Assembly (NCBI GenBank): GCA_963666115.2
Contig: CAXXET010000008.1
Coordinates: 160,001 to 224,000 of the forward strand
Source of the DNA: Dehalococcoidia bacterium
Lineage (GTDB): Bacteria > Chloroflexota > Dehalococcoidia > UBA6926
Length of the DNA stretch: 64,000 nucleotides
Direction of reading: 5' to 3'
Positions 19,057 to 30,313 of this stretch are shown here, in pieces. The notes beneath the pieces were generated by a model that saw nothing but the letters and a program-made list of their open reading frames with translations, searched no databases and was not told where the DNA came from. Made by a program: the position numbers and the translations under genes. Each line of letters opens with the position of its first letter. The stretch's first letter is position 1.

Positions 19057-20484
19057 CTAGGGAGTCGTGTCCGCCGGCGGACGCCACGTGTGCCAATCGG
19101 TTTCCTGCTGGTAGGCGTGTCCGGCGCGAAGAACCGTCGCCTCATCGAATGGCCGCCCCGCAAGCTGCAGGCCGATGGGCAGCTCGTCGCCGCTGAACCC
19201 GCACGGCACGGACATCGCGGGAACGCCCAGCAGGTTGAACGCCCCCATGTTCCGCGTCAGCGCGCGTGTGAGTTGCAGTTCGCCGCTCCCGACGGCCACC
19301 GTCTCATACGCATGGCCGATCCTCGGCGCCGTGACGGGCGAAGTCGGCAGCGCGAGCACGTCGACCCTCCGCCACACGTCGCGCATCTTCTCGCGCAGGA
19401 CCGACCGCAAGCGTTGGGCGTTCACATAATCGACCGCCGGAACCGTCGCCCCCTGCCGCAGACCGGCCAGCACGCGCGAATCGTAATCTCCAGGCCGCTC
19501 CCGCATCCACCGGTGGTGGTAGGCGGCGGCGTCCGCGAACAGGATGGCCGTCTGCATCGGCGCAACCTCGTCCGCAAGCGGAAACTCCACGTCGATAACC
19601 CGCGCCCCCTGCCCCGTGAGCACGTCGATTCCCGCCCGAACCGCGGCCTCCACCTCCGGATCGATCGGGTCCCAGAACGGCTCGCCGGGCACGCCGATGG
19701 TCAGGCCGTCGATGGGATCGTTCAGCGTGGCGAGATAGTCCGGCACGGGGCGGTTGGCGGACGTGGGATCGAGCGGATCGTGCCCCGCGAGAACGTTGAG
19801 GGCGCGCGCGCAGTCCTCAGCCGTCCGCGCAATCGGCCCAACGTGATCCAGCGACCATGACAACGGCAGGCACCCGTAGCGGCTGACGCGGCCATACGTG
19901 GGCTTGATGCCCGTAACGCCGCACAGCGTGGCGGGGATGCGAATGGAGCCGCCCGTGTCCGTGCCGATGGCCATGTACCCCATGCCCATGGCAACCGCCG
20001 CGCCGGAGCCGCCGCTTGACCCGCCCGGCACGTGCTCAGGATTCCAGGGGTTGCGCGTGTTGCCGTGATGCGGATTCTCCGTGGTCACGCCAAACGCGAA
20101 CTCGTGGAGGTTCGTCTTGCCGATGATCACCGCGCCCGCCTGTCGCAGCTTGCGGACGACGGTCGCGTCAAAGTCAGGCGTCCAGTCGGCCAGTATCTTT
20201 GAGCCTGCCGTCGTCGTGATGCCGGCGGTGGTCAGGATGTCTTTGACAGCGACGGGCACGCCGTGAAGCGGCCCAAGCAGGTGCCCGGCGCGGAGCATGT
20301 GGTCCGCGGCCTCCGCCTCCTGCAAAGCCTGGTCCCGCAGGACGGTGACGAACGCGTTGATGGTGTCATCCGCGTGGGCGACGTGCTCCAGCACGTCCTC
20401 CAGCGCATGCGTGGCAGACACCTCCTGCGAGTGGATGCGCCGCGCCATCTCCGTAAGGGAGAGCCCAACGCGCTCTTCATTCAT
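19057..20484 (-). CDS. Amidase-signature family amidase
   Basis: LHGVPVAVKD, PGGSSGGS, IGTDTGGSIRIP. Confidence 0.93.
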   Translation of the reverse strand: MNEERVGLSLTEMARRIHSQEVSATHALEDVLEHVAHADDTINAFVTVLRDQALQEAEAADHMLRAGHLLGPLHGVPVAVKDILTTAGITTTAGSKILADWTPDFDATVVRKLRQAGAVIIGKTNLHEFAFGVTTENPHHGNTRNPWNPEHVPGGSSGGSGAAVAMGMGYMAIGTDTGGSIRIPATLCGVTGIKPTYGRVSRYGCLPLSWSLDHVGPIARTAEDCARALNVLAGHDPLDPTSANRPVPDYLATLNDPIDGLTIGVPGEPFWDPIDPEVEAAVRAGIDVLTGQGARVIDVEFPLADEVAPMQTAILFADAAAYHHRWMRERPGDYDSRVLAGLRQGATVPAVDYVNAQRLRSVLREKMRDVWRRVDVLALPTSPVTAPRIGHAYETVAVGSGELQLTRALTRNMGAFNLLGVPAMSVPCGFSGDELPIGLQLAGRPFDEATVLRAGHAYQQETDWHTWRPPADTTP

Positions 20485-20489
20485 GCCCG

Positions 20490-20693
20490 CTAGCTCCCGC
20501 CCGGCGAGGCATCGGGATCGTAAACAACGGCAGGCTCAGTAAGCCCAAAATCCATCTCATCGAGCCGGCTCATAGCCTCCTGGTAAAAAGCAACCCGCCG
20601 CTCCAACCCGGGCAGCGATTCCTCATCCACACTCACCCCCAAAAGCGCCAACTGCGCCTTAAGTTCCTCCGCCGTCGGTATTGGTCGCCCCAT
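20490..20693 (-). CDS. Small GatC/AtzG-like amidase accessory subunit
   Basis: 67 aa, ..LDEMDFGLTEPAVVY; directly upstream of the amidases. Confidence 0.55.
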   Translation of the reverse strand: MGRPIPTAEELKAQLALLGVSVDEESLPGLERRVAFYQEAMSRLDEMDFGLTEPAVVYDPDASPGGS

Positions 20694-20831
20694 GGGCCCA
20701 CCCCCTATTCCAAAACATCCACCGCCATAATACGCCATCGGAGAGGGTAGGTGAGCCGCATGGCATTCGGCTCGCCCTTGCTTTAGAATTGATCCCACCA
20801 ACGAAATCACCGAGCGCTTGGGGAGTCAAGG

Positions 20832-22574
20832 ATGCACCAGCAGGGCGGCACTATCGAAAGTACCCTAAAGAGCATCGAGTCACATCAATTTGTTCTGCCC
20901 GCCATCCAACGGGAGTTTGTCTGGCAGCCTGAGCAGGTATGTGATCTGTTCGACAGCCTGATGCAGGGATTCCCGTTCGGCGAGTTCATGTACTGGAAAG
21001 TTGAGCCGCAGAACTCCAGCCAATACCGCTGGTACGACTTTGTGCGTCACTACCACGAGAAGGATAGCCCTCACTGCCCGGAGTTGGGCATCAGGCACAA
21101 CGAAGCCCTGACAGCCGTGCTGGACGGGCAGCAGCGGCTGACCGCGTTCAACATCGGGCTCAAGGGCTCAATGGCAAAGAAGCTGCCGTACAAGTGGTGG
21201 GCAAGCCCTGATGCATTTCCCAAGCGGGTGCTGGCGCTTGACCTTCTATCGCCCACAGAGCCGGACGAAGACGGCAGGCGCTATCGATTCGAGTTCATTG
21301 ACGAACGCCGCATTGGGATGGAGGACGATCGGCTCTGGTTCCGTGTGTCCGAGATTCTCGGCCTTGACTCCGGGTCACCCATGCTCCAGTGGCTCCTTGA
21401 CAAGGATCTGGATAATGACAGGCTCCATCAAGCCTTTGGCACACTCGACCGTCTGCACCACGTTATTCGTAAAGACCCCGTCATCGCATGGTACGAGGAA
21501 ACGAGCCAGGACATTGAGCGCGTTCTACAGATATTCATCAGGTGCAACAGCGGCGGCACCCCGCTTTCTTACTCCAATCTCCTGTTGAGCATCGCGGTTT
21601 CCCAGTGGGAAAAGCTGGACGCGCGGGCTGAGGTGCATGGACTCGTTGATGAACTCAACGGCATCAGGGACGGATTGCGATTCAATGCCGACTTCGTGCT
21701 GAAGGCCGGTCTGATGCTGACGGACATTGCCAGCGTGGGTTTCCGCGTGGAGAACTTCACGCACGAGAACATGGCCGCACTTGAGAAAAACTGGCAGCGA
21801 CTCAGGACCGCCCTGCTCACAACGGCACAACTCATTGACCGCTTCGGATTTGACTCGCGCACTGTCCGCGCCATGAATGCGCTGCTGCCAATCGCCTACT
21901 ACGTGTACCTGCGGCAATTGCCCGAGAGTTTTGTGACGAGCGACCAATTCCTTGAAGATCGGCGAAGGATCAAGAACTGGCTCACTCGTTCAATCCTGAA
22001 GCAGTCAGGAATCTGGGGCGCTGCCGACGCTCTGTTGACCGCTCTCCGGGAAACTATCCGTAACCTTGGGGAGGCCGGTTTCCCTGCTCATGAAATCGGC
22101 CGGGTCATGGCACAGCGGGGCAGGGGGCTGGAATTCCAGGGCGAGGAGATTGACGACCTCGCGGATATGCGGATTTCCGACTCGCGGACGTTCCCGCTGC
22201 TTTCAATGCTGTTCCCAACTCTTGGTACGCACGGCAGCACCGACATAGACCACGTCTTCCCCAAGAGCAGATTAACGACGACGCAGCTCAACAACATAGG
22301 CATCGAATCCGACACGGCGGAGCGCCTGCAAGACTGGCGTGACCGCCTAGCCAACCTGCAACTCCTCGACTCTACGGTGAACAACGAGAAGCGCGCCGTC
22401 ATGCCGGCCGAGTGGCTCGATACCCACTGCCCCGACCCGCAGTCGCGCCAGGCTTACGTTGATCGTCACCTGTTGGGAGATGTCCCGCAAGAACTGCACG
22501 GGTTCGAGCAGTTCTACGAATCCCGTCGCCAAGCCCTCCGAGACAGGCTCTCCCAACTGGTCAACACTGTTTAG
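20832..22574 (+). CDS. DUF262 + DUF1524 GmrSD-like restriction/defence protein
   Basis: LPAIQREFVW, VLDGQQRLT, IFIRCNSGG, DIDHVFPK, LANLQLL. Confidence 0.88.
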   Translation: MHQQGGTIESTLKSIESHQFVLPAIQREFVWQPEQVCDLFDSLMQGFPFGEFMYWKVEPQNSSQYRWYDFVRHYHEKDSPHCPELGIRHNEALTAVLDGQQRLTAFNIGLKGSMAKKLPYKWWASPDAFPKRVLALDLLSPTEPDEDGRRYRFEFIDERRIGMEDDRLWFRVSEILGLDSGSPMLQWLLDKDLDNDRLHQAFGTLDRLHHVIRKDPVIAWYEETSQDIERVLQIFIRCNSGGTPLSYSNLLLSIAVSQWEKLDARAEVHGLVDELNGIRDGLRFNADFVLKAGLMLTDIASVGFRVENFTHENMAALEKNWQRLRTALLTTAQLIDRFGFDSRTVRAMNALLPIAYYVYLRQLPESFVTSDQFLEDRRRIKNWLTRSILKQSGIWGAADALLTALRETIRNLGEAGFPAHEIGRVMAQRGRGLEFQGEEIDDLADMRISDSRTFPLLSMLFPTLGTHGSTDIDHVFPKSRLTTTQLNNIGIESDTAERLQDWRDRLANLQLLDSTVNNEKRAVMPAEWLDTHCPDPQSRQAYVDRHLLGDVPQELHGFEQFYESRRQALRDRLSQLVNTV

Positions 22575-22586
22575 CCAGCAGCGCCG

Positions 22587-22622
22587 CCCTCACCCCAACC
22601 CTCTCCCACCGGGAGAAGGGGG
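22587..22622. repeat. REP-like CCCTCACCCCAACCCTCTCCCACCGGGAGAAGGG
   Basis: Similar to the copy at 5726; lies between convergent genes. Confidence 0.7.
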
Positions 22623-22624
22623 CG

Positions 22625-23350
22625 CTACCCCCCGCCGTCGCAGTGCACCAGGTGAGAACCGTCAGCGTTCGTATGCACCGCGTAGGATGCCTCCCCAAGC
22701 GTGAAGACGAATTTGTACCCCGGCGTGATCACCTGGGCATAGCCAAACCCCTCTTGCGGGCATCCCAGGCTGGCATCCGGCCATGACACGCTTTCAGAGC
22801 TGATGAGGGTGAAATCGTCTTCATCAGCGTTGATCTCATTCGCCAATAGCTCACGCGCAGCAGCCGCTATCTCGCTTGGCGCCGCCTCGCCCTCTTGGTC
22901 AGCGCCACCCCCGACCTCCGGGTGGGCGCTCCAGGTTTCGAAGGGCTGTTGCGAGGCGTCCAGCCTGACGTCTGCCATCTCTCCCGGGGCGAGGTCCAGG
23001 GTGGGCGTTGGGCCGAGTTCGATGCCGTTGGAGAGGTGGACTTCGATGCGGACGCGGCGCAGGGTCCGGTTCGTCGTATTTTCCACCGTGCCCGTGAAGG
23101 CGTTGGCCGTCGCGTCGTAAGAGAGCATCAGCCGCGCGCCGGCGCGAACGACGTCATAGGTGTCCGTCAGGCCGTACTGTATGGCGGATTCTTCGCCGTC
23201 GCCCTCACCCGACTCCGATTCGCCGTTATGTTCGCCGGATTCCCCGCCCTCGCCATGCTCCCCGGTCTCTTCGCTCCCAGGGGAACACGCCGCGAGCACG
23301 GCGACTGTCATGGCAACCATCAGCAGCAGGGCGGCCAGCAAACTTTTCAT
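22625..23350 (-). CDS. Lipoprotein with E/G/H-rich linker and C-terminal WPDASLGCP domain
   Basis: LAAC lipobox; WPDASLGCP..YAQVITPGY. Confidence 0.7.
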   Translation of the reverse strand: MKSLLAALLLMVAMTVAVLAACSPGSEETGEHGEGGESGEHNGESESGEGDGEESAIQYGLTDTYDVVRAGARLMLSYDATANAFTGTVENTTNRTLRRVRIEVHLSNGIELGPTPTLDLAPGEMADVRLDASQQPFETWSAHPEVGGGADQEGEAAPSEIAAAARELLANEINADEDDFTLISSESVSWPDASLGCPQEGFGYAQVITPGYKFVFTLGEASYAVHTNADGSHLVHCDGGG

Positions 23351-23500
23351 GGAGTACGCGAACCTCTCGTCATCTCAAGTAATCACGATAACGTCGGGGA
23401 GCGGGTAAAGGATAGGTGACGGGTGTATCCCAAAAGAATTGCCCCCCGATGGCGCCGCCATCGGGGGGCAACAGATTCCCGTGGTTATCGAAAGGTCAGC

Positions 23501-24316
23501 TTACCCGCCAACCCACTGCGGCTTGCGCTTCTCCACGAACGCCCGCGGGCCCTCCGCCGTGTCCTTCGGCGACAGCTGCCGCAGCCGGTTGCTGTTCAGC
23601 GACTGGATCTGCAGCGCCTCCCGCGTGGGCAGGTGCAGCGTCCGCGTGATGTGCTCCTTCGCGACGCGCGTCGCGATCGGCGAGCACTCCGTCACGATCT
23701 CCGTCGCCATCGCGACGGCCGTGTCCATCAACTCCGCCTGCGGAACGACCTGGCTGACGAGGCCCATCCGGTAGCAGTCCGGAGCCTTGTAGCGCCGCCC
23801 GGTGATGATGAGTTCCATCGCGAGGCCGATGGGGATGGCGCGAGACATGCGCGTCGTGCCGCTGATGGAGAGCAGGCCGCGCCGCGGCTCGAGCAGGCCC
23901 ATCTCCGCGTTCTCGGACATGATGCGGATGTCCGCCCACAGCGCCATCTCGGACCCGCCGCCGAACGCGTACCCGTTGATGGCCGCGATGACCGGCTTGA
24001 AGACCTCGATGCTCGGATAGGAGTGCAGGCCCTCATTCGGCACCTGCGGCGGGGGCGGCGGCTCCTCGTTGGAGGCGTCCTGCTGCGACTGCCTGCGAAG
24101 ATCGAGCCCCGTTGAGAAAGACCGCTCGCCGGCGCCCGTCAGGATGAGCACCCAAGCGTCCGGGTCGTCGCGGAACTCGCGGACGTAGTTGAGCATGGCG
24201 GCATTGCCGTCCAGGGTCAGAGAGTTCAGCGTCTCCGGCCTGTTCATCGTGATCAGCCGGACGTGCTCCGCCGGCGTCGTGTACATAATCTCGGGCTGCG
24301 CGTTTTCCTGGGTCAT
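23501..24316 (-). CDS. Enoyl-CoA hydratase/isomerase
   Basis: FSTGLDL, KPVIAAINGYAFGGGSEMAL, EGPRAFVEKRKPQW. Confidence 0.93.
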   Translation of the reverse strand: MTQENAQPEIMYTTPAEHVRLITMNRPETLNSLTLDGNAAMLNYVREFRDDPDAWVLILTGAGERSFSTGLDLRRQSQQDASNEEPPPPPQVPNEGLHSYPSIEVFKPVIAAINGYAFGGGSEMALWADIRIMSENAEMGLLEPRRGLLSISGTTRMSRAIPIGLAMELIITGRRYKAPDCYRMGLVSQVVPQAELMDTAVAMATEIVTECSPIATRVAKEHITRTLHLPTREALQIQSLNSNRLRQLSPKDTAEGPRAFVEKRKPQWVGG

Positions 24317-24426
24317 CTCCTACCTCCCGCCAGTATTGTCCGTATGGCGCGCCACTTGCGCGCCCAAGCGCAAAAACTATAGCACGCCCAAGGCAACCCC
24401 GTCAGTTCTTGGAGGAGCGAAAGGAA

Positions 24427-24798
24427 TCAGCCCCCGTTGCTGAGAACGCCCTCAACCCTGTCAACAAACTGGGCGACCTGTTCGAGACTATCCCGGATGT
24501 CCCGGCTAGTGAACTGACCCTCGTAGAAGTTCTCATGCAACCCGCCCGCCTCGTTGAAGAGGGTGCGGTAACTGTTATCGTCCGTCTCCTCCACGAGCAG
24601 ACTCACCACGCCATACAGGCGGGCATGGCTGTTGTGGTCAAACCCGCGCCGGTCGGCGTAAGCCTTGACCATCTGCGAGGCCGCCCCCCATCCCTTCTCG
24701 GACGCCTGACGGAGATCCTCCGCCTCAAGTTCCACCCAAGCCTGGCCAAGAAACCGCCGGCTCTGCTCCTGGTACCCATTGCTGTCGTGATTCGTCAT
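24427..24798 (-). CDS. PaREP1-family (HEPN-like) protein, copy 4 of tandem array
   Basis: QASEKGWGAA and LHENFYEG; TATACT 6 nt before the ATG. Confidence 0.85.
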   Translation of the reverse strand: MTNHDSNGYQEQSRRFLGQAWVELEAEDLRQASEKGWGAASQMVKAYADRRGFDHNSHARLYGVVSLLVEETDDNSYRTLFNEAGGLHENFYEGQFTSRDIRDSLEQVAQFVDRVEGVLSNGG

Positions 24799-24850
24799 GG
24801 AGACAGTATACGACATGGGCAGACGGGCAGATTCGCCTCTGAGCGCGGCT

Positions 24851-25228
24851 CTATCCGCTGCCGTTCCGCCCGTTCAGCAAGCCCTCCACCTTATCAACGA
24901 ATTGCGCGACGCTTTCCAGGCCGCCCTGCACATCCCGACCGGAGAGCTGTCCCTCATAGAAGTTAGTGTGGAGGCCGCCGGCGTCATGGAAAAGGACGCG
25001 GAAGCTGTCATCGTCCGTCTCGGCGACCAGGCGGCTGACAGCGCCAAAGAGGAGGCCGTGACTATCGTGATTCAGACCCCGCAGAACCGCGTAGGCCTTG
25101 ACCATCTGGGAAGCAGCCCCCCACCCCTTCTCGGAGGCCTGGTGGAGGTCTTCGGCTTCCAACTCCACCCAAGCCTGGTCAAGAAACCGCCGCCCCTGCC
25201 GCTGGTACCCATTGCTAAAGCTAGTCAT
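24851..25228 (-). CDS. PaREP1-family protein, copy 3
   Basis: QASEKGWGAA, LHTNFYEG; TATACT 6 nt before the ATG. Confidence 0.85.
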   Translation of the reverse strand: MTSFSNGYQRQGRRFLDQAWVELEAEDLHQASEKGWGAASQMVKAYAVLRGLNHDSHGLLFGAVSRLVAETDDDSFRVLFHDAGGLHTNFYEGQLSGRDVQGGLESVAQFVDKVEGLLNGRNGSG

Positions 25229-25287
25229 AGGCACAGTATACGGGATGCGGAACACGCGGACGGGCAGATTCGCTTGTGAGCGTTGTG

Positions 25288-25668
25288 TTATCCGCTGCCG
25301 TTCCGCCCATTCAGCAGCCCCTCAACCTTGTCAACAAACTGCGCGATCTGCCCCAGCGTTGCCCGCAGCACTTCTTTATCCATGCCGCCTTCGTAATAGT
25401 TCACGTGGAGGCCGCTGGCAGTGCTGAAGAGAGTGCCGATGGACGTGTCCCCCGTTTCGCGCGCGAGGGCGCTCGCAACGCTGAAGAGGAAGCCATGCGT
25501 ATCATGTCGGAGCCCGCGTTCCTCCGCCGCAGCCTTCACGAGTTGGGCCGCCGCCCCCCATCCCTTCTCGGAGGCCTGGTGCAGATCATCCGCCTCCAGT
25601 TCCACCCAAGCCTGATCGAGGAATACGCGCCCCTGCTGAGCATAAGTCATCCCATAACCATTCATCAT
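25288..25668 (-). CDS. PaREP1-family protein, copy 2
   Basis: QASEKGWGAA, LHVNYYEG; TACACT 6 nt before the ATG. Confidence 0.85.
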   Translation of the reverse strand: MMNGYGMTYAQQGRVFLDQAWVELEADDLHQASEKGWGAAAQLVKAAAEERGLRHDTHGFLFSVASALARETGDTSIGTLFSTASGLHVNYYEGGMDKEVLRATLGQIAQFVDKVEGLLNGRNGSG

Positions 25669-25714
25669 CGAAACAGTGTACCTGAGTCTGCTCTACGTTC
25701 CCGGAGGCACGGCG

Positions 25715-26095
25715 TTATCCGCTGCCGTTCCGACCGTTCAGCAGCCCCTCGATCCTCTCAACAAGCAGCTCGATGTCCTGCAGCGCGGCGCGGATGTCCT
25801 CCGCGCTGATCCCCCCTTCATAGTAGTTGACGTGGAGTCCGCTCGCGATCTGAAACCCGCGGCGAATGACGCCGTCGCCGTCGTCCTCGCCGATGATGCC
25901 GGTCGCGCGAAACAGCAGCCCATGAGTGTCATGCGGGATGCCGCGCTCATCCGCCGCAGCCTTCACCAGTAGCGCCGCCGCGCCCCACCCCTTCTCCGCC
26001 GCCTGCGACAGATCCCCCCGCGCAAGCTCATCAAAAGCCTGCGACAGGTAAACCCGCCCCTGCTCCGCATAGGTCACGCCGTAGCCATTCATCAT
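25715..26095 (-). CDS. PaREP1-family protein, copy 1
   Basis: QAAEKGWGAA, LHVNYYEG; TATACT 6 nt before the ATG. Confidence 0.85.
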   Translation of the reverse strand: MMNGYGVTYAEQGRVYLSQAFDELARGDLSQAAEKGWGAAALLVKAAADERGIPHDTHGLLFRATGIIGEDDGDGVIRRGFQIASGLHVNYYEGGISAEDIRAALQDIELLVERIEGLLNGRNGSG

Positions 26096-26199
26096 GCAAG
26101 CAGTATACAGGGGTGGAATGGCTGTAAAGAAAACCCTTCAGCAGTTCAGGAGTGAAGGTGAAAGGGCTTGGCGTCAGTCTGCGGAAAGAGAGCGGACTA

Positions 26200-26427
26200 C
26201 TAAGAGTTCTGGCTGGCCTGTTTTTCTGCCCGTTCATCAATCAGATCAAGAACGGCGGGAACGAGGTCTCTCGGCACCGCAACCCACGTCATATCGGGGT
26301 CCAAATCGACAGCCTCGATATCCGCAGCCAGAGCGTCTTCATCGTCGAGAAGCCCGTTGTGGTGGTCGAGCACCTTTTGGACGCGCTCCGCGTCCCAGCC
26401 GGGGGGATAGACGTTCGGGTCCTTCAT
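26200..26427 (-). CDS. Small putative antitoxin (YPPGWDAERV family)
   Basis: ATGA overlap with the upstream toxin-like gene; paralogs at 40335-40779. Confidence 0.65.
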   Translation of the reverse strand: MKDPNVYPPGWDAERVQKVLDHHNGLLDDEDALAADIEAVDLDPDMTWVAVPRDLVPAVLDLIDERAEKQASQNS

Positions 26428-26708
26428 CGGCCTCTCCTTCTCATTCGGCGTCTATAAGATGCGAGCGGGCTGCCTCTCAGTTCATATGCAGTGATGACGA
26501 ACGTCTCATCTGCGGGGTGCCTGCGAGCATAGATGACGCGCAAAATGCGACCGGCAAAGGTCGGGCCGGTAGCGATGCGCGACCCTTCACGGCTGCGCAG
26601 GTTGTCCCTTGCCGTCTGAAGAACCTCCTCCACTTCATCTTCCGTGACGCCATGATCCAGTATATGCGGTTGGCCGGTTTCAGGGTTGACGTGGAATCTG
26701 ATGGGCAC
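26424..26708 (-). CDS. DUF4258/BrnT-like putative toxin
   Basis: HILDHGVTEDEVEEVL, G.T.AGRILRVIY, FVITAYEL. Confidence 0.75.
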   Translation of the reverse strand: MPIRFHVNPETGQPHILDHGVTEDEVEEVLQTARDNLRSREGSRIATGPTFAGRILRVIYARRHPADETFVITAYELRGSPLASYRRRMRRRGR

Positions 26709-26989
26709 TGAGGCGACTCATTTCAATACGGCATCCCGTACCACCCCAACAGCCGGATAGTGAAAGAAAGGTTTTAGTCTTGCGTTCTTTTGTTGCGATT
26801 TAAAGACAGCAACAGGTCTCGTTGCGCCGAAGCGCGCAGCGATCTATGGTGCCCTGCCCCTGGTCCGACCGGGGTTCCGCCACCCTTGGAAGGGCGGTTC
26901 ATGCCACTCAGACACCGGACGTCAACGCAGGAGAATCGCTGACCGACCTGGGTGCAATGCGCCCCGCCAAAGCGGAGCGATTAGCTCCC

Positions 26990-28502
<1,513 letters not shown>

Positions 28503-28588
28503 GAATTGAACGGAAGACCTCTGCCTTCCTTTTCACTATCCAACTGTTAAGGCTCTCGCACCCCTCCCGAAAGAAGGGCGCAACGCTC

Positions 28589-28617
28589 AGAATATGCCCC
28601 CCCACCAACCCTGTCAA
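28589..28617 (-). promoter_or_regulatory. 16S rRNA promoter TTGACA-17-TATTCT
   Basis: Consensus -35, 17-bp spacer and -10 about 90 nt upstream of the 16S. Confidence 0.85.
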
Positions 28618-28658
28618 CCCCAACCAACCCGTCAACCACGCGGCGCACAGCCACGCGA

Positions 28659-29129
28659 CTACACGGCGCCGCGTAGTGGAGTGAACAAGCTCGCGCTGCC
28701 CCCAATTGCCAGCGCGGCGGCAAACAGGCGGGCATCCGCAGTAAGCAGAAGGTACCCGCGTGACACCGCCTCCAGTAGTGCGCTGTCGGTTAGGCCGAAC
28801 CTCTCGAATTCCTCCCGTCGCGCCGCGGTTTGGCTGGCAATGACAATCTCCTCTCCCTGGTCGATCACGCGGCGCAGCAGCGCCAAAAGGCGAGAGCGAT
28901 CCGGCTGGCCATGCTGTGCAAGAAGGTTGCCTGCCTCCGTCAAGGTATTCGGCGTGACCACGATGGGCTCGTGCCCCGAAATGATCCCCCTCAACTCCTC
29001 GAAGTCGTCCGGCGCATAGCCGGAGAGCCGCCGGTGCGTGAGGATAAGATTCCGGTCAAATCGGCCAACGATCAGGAGGACAAGCAGATTCGAATCGATG
29101 AGTATTCTGTTCGCGGCGGGTATGCTCAT
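28659..29129 (-). CDS. PIN-domain protein
   Basis: ILIDSNLLV, TPNTLTEAGN, FGLTDSAL, LLTADARL. Confidence 0.85.
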   Translation of the reverse strand: MSIPAANRILIDSNLLVLLIVGRFDRNLILTHRRLSGYAPDDFEELRGIISGHEPIVVTPNTLTEAGNLLAQHGQPDRSRLLALLRRVIDQGEEIVIASQTAARREEFERFGLTDSALLEAVSRGYLLLTADARLFAAALAIGGSASLFTPLRGAV

Positions 29130-29425
29130 TCGGCCTCGGGGAAGTCAAGCAGGGCGCGGTCCGTCACCCGCAGCACCCGGCTGCTCCCGTCATCGATGGT
29201 GACCATCTTGAACGTGCGCGGATGGCGCGTCTTCATCAGCGAATCGACCCACGGCCCGTCCTGCTCCCACGGACGCGCAAAGCCGATAGTAATCATCCAC
29301 CGCCCTGTATCGGGATTGTGGACGACCTCTTCAAGCCCAACGTTGGCAATCTCCTCGTCCTCGAAGAGAGTCACAATCTCCGCGCGGGCAATCTCGACGG
29401 CTTTCTTCACGTGCAGTTGCGGCAT
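29126..29425 (-). CDS. Hypothetical PIN-partner protein (GLEEV..W.ITIGF.RPW family)
   Basis: Overlaps the PIN start; paralog immediately upstream. Confidence 0.7.
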   Translation of the reverse strand: MPQLHVKKAVEIARAEIVTLFEDEEIANVGLEEVVHNPDTGRWMITIGFARPWEQDGPWVDSLMKTRHPRTFKMVTIDDGSSRVLRVTDRALLDFPEAE

Positions 29426-29429
29426 CGTT

Positions 29430-29723
29430 TCACCTGAACATGCGCGGCGTCGCGCGCTCGGCAAGCCCGATAACTTGCCGGCTCTCATCATCGATTGTCA
29501 CGAGCTTATACGTCCTGGGATGCTCGGAAGTATCGTAAGGGCTGTGGCGCGGAGGCCTGAAAGCCCAGGGCCGCTTGAATCCGATGGTAATCTTCCATCT
29601 GCCAGCCTCCGGATCGTGGACGACCTCCTCCAGGCCGACGTTCTCAATCCCCTCAACGTCAAAGAGGCCCCGTACCTCCCGCTTGGCGATGTCCACCGCC
29701 GCCCTAACCTCAAGATTAGCCAT
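29430..29723 (-). CDS. Hypothetical PIN-partner protein, tandem duplicate
   Basis: NVGLEEVVH.P..GRW.ITIGF.RPW..HPRT.K.VTIDD shared with 29126-29425. Confidence 0.7.
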   Translation of the reverse strand: MANLEVRAAVDIAKREVRGLFDVEGIENVGLEEVVHDPEAGRWKITIGFKRPWAFRPPRHSPYDTSEHPRTYKLVTIDDESRQVIGLAERATPRMFR

Positions 29724-29813
29724 GCCCGCCTCGCCACTCCCTCCCAACACACAACCATTCTATAGCAGAGTGTCAGTTGCCCTCACCCGCCCCCCATGTA
29801 TACTGTCCCCACC

Positions 29814-30197
29814 ATGAACGGATACGGCAGAACATACGCAGAGCAGGGCCGCATCTACCTTGCGCAGGCTTATGAGGAGCTTGAGCGGGGCGACCTCCCG
29901 CAGACCGCGGAGAAAGGCTGGGGCGCAGCGTCTCAGCTCGTCAAAGCCGCCGCCGATGAGCGAGGCCTGCCCCATCACTCCCACGGCTTCCTCTTCCGCG
30001 CCGTCGGAGTCCTCGGTGAAGAGCAGGGCGGCGATGTTATCCGGCAAGGCTTCTTCTCCGCGCACGGCCTCCACGGCAACTACTACGAAGGCGGAAGCCC
30101 CGAAGCCGACATCCGAGCCGCCCTAAAAGACGTAGAATCCCTAGTTGAAACAATCGAGGGAATGCTGAACGGGCGCAATGGAGCGACAACTCCCTAG
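29814..30197 (+). CDS. PaREP1-family protein, copy 5
   Basis: AEKGWGAA, LHGNYYEG; TATACT 9 nt before the ATG. Confidence 0.85.
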   Translation: MNGYGRTYAEQGRIYLAQAYEELERGDLPQTAEKGWGAASQLVKAAADERGLPHHSHGFLFRAVGVLGEEQGGDVIRQGFFSAHGLHGNYYEGGSPEADIRAALKDVESLVETIEGMLNGRNGATTP

Positions 30198-30313
30198 CCT
30201 GGCCCTCACCGCCCCGTACACAACCCTCGCCGCGTAAGTAGTAAACAGTGTAGGCTTGGCGGCGAGAACGAGAGGCACGCTCTGATTCCAGATGCGTGCC
30301 GGGGCTCAAACAC

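Noticed and set aside
24409-26095. PaREP1 tandem array as an integron cassette array
   Set aside because: I could not identify attC R''/R' boxes or an integrase; each gene carries its own promoter and the units are paralogous duplicates.
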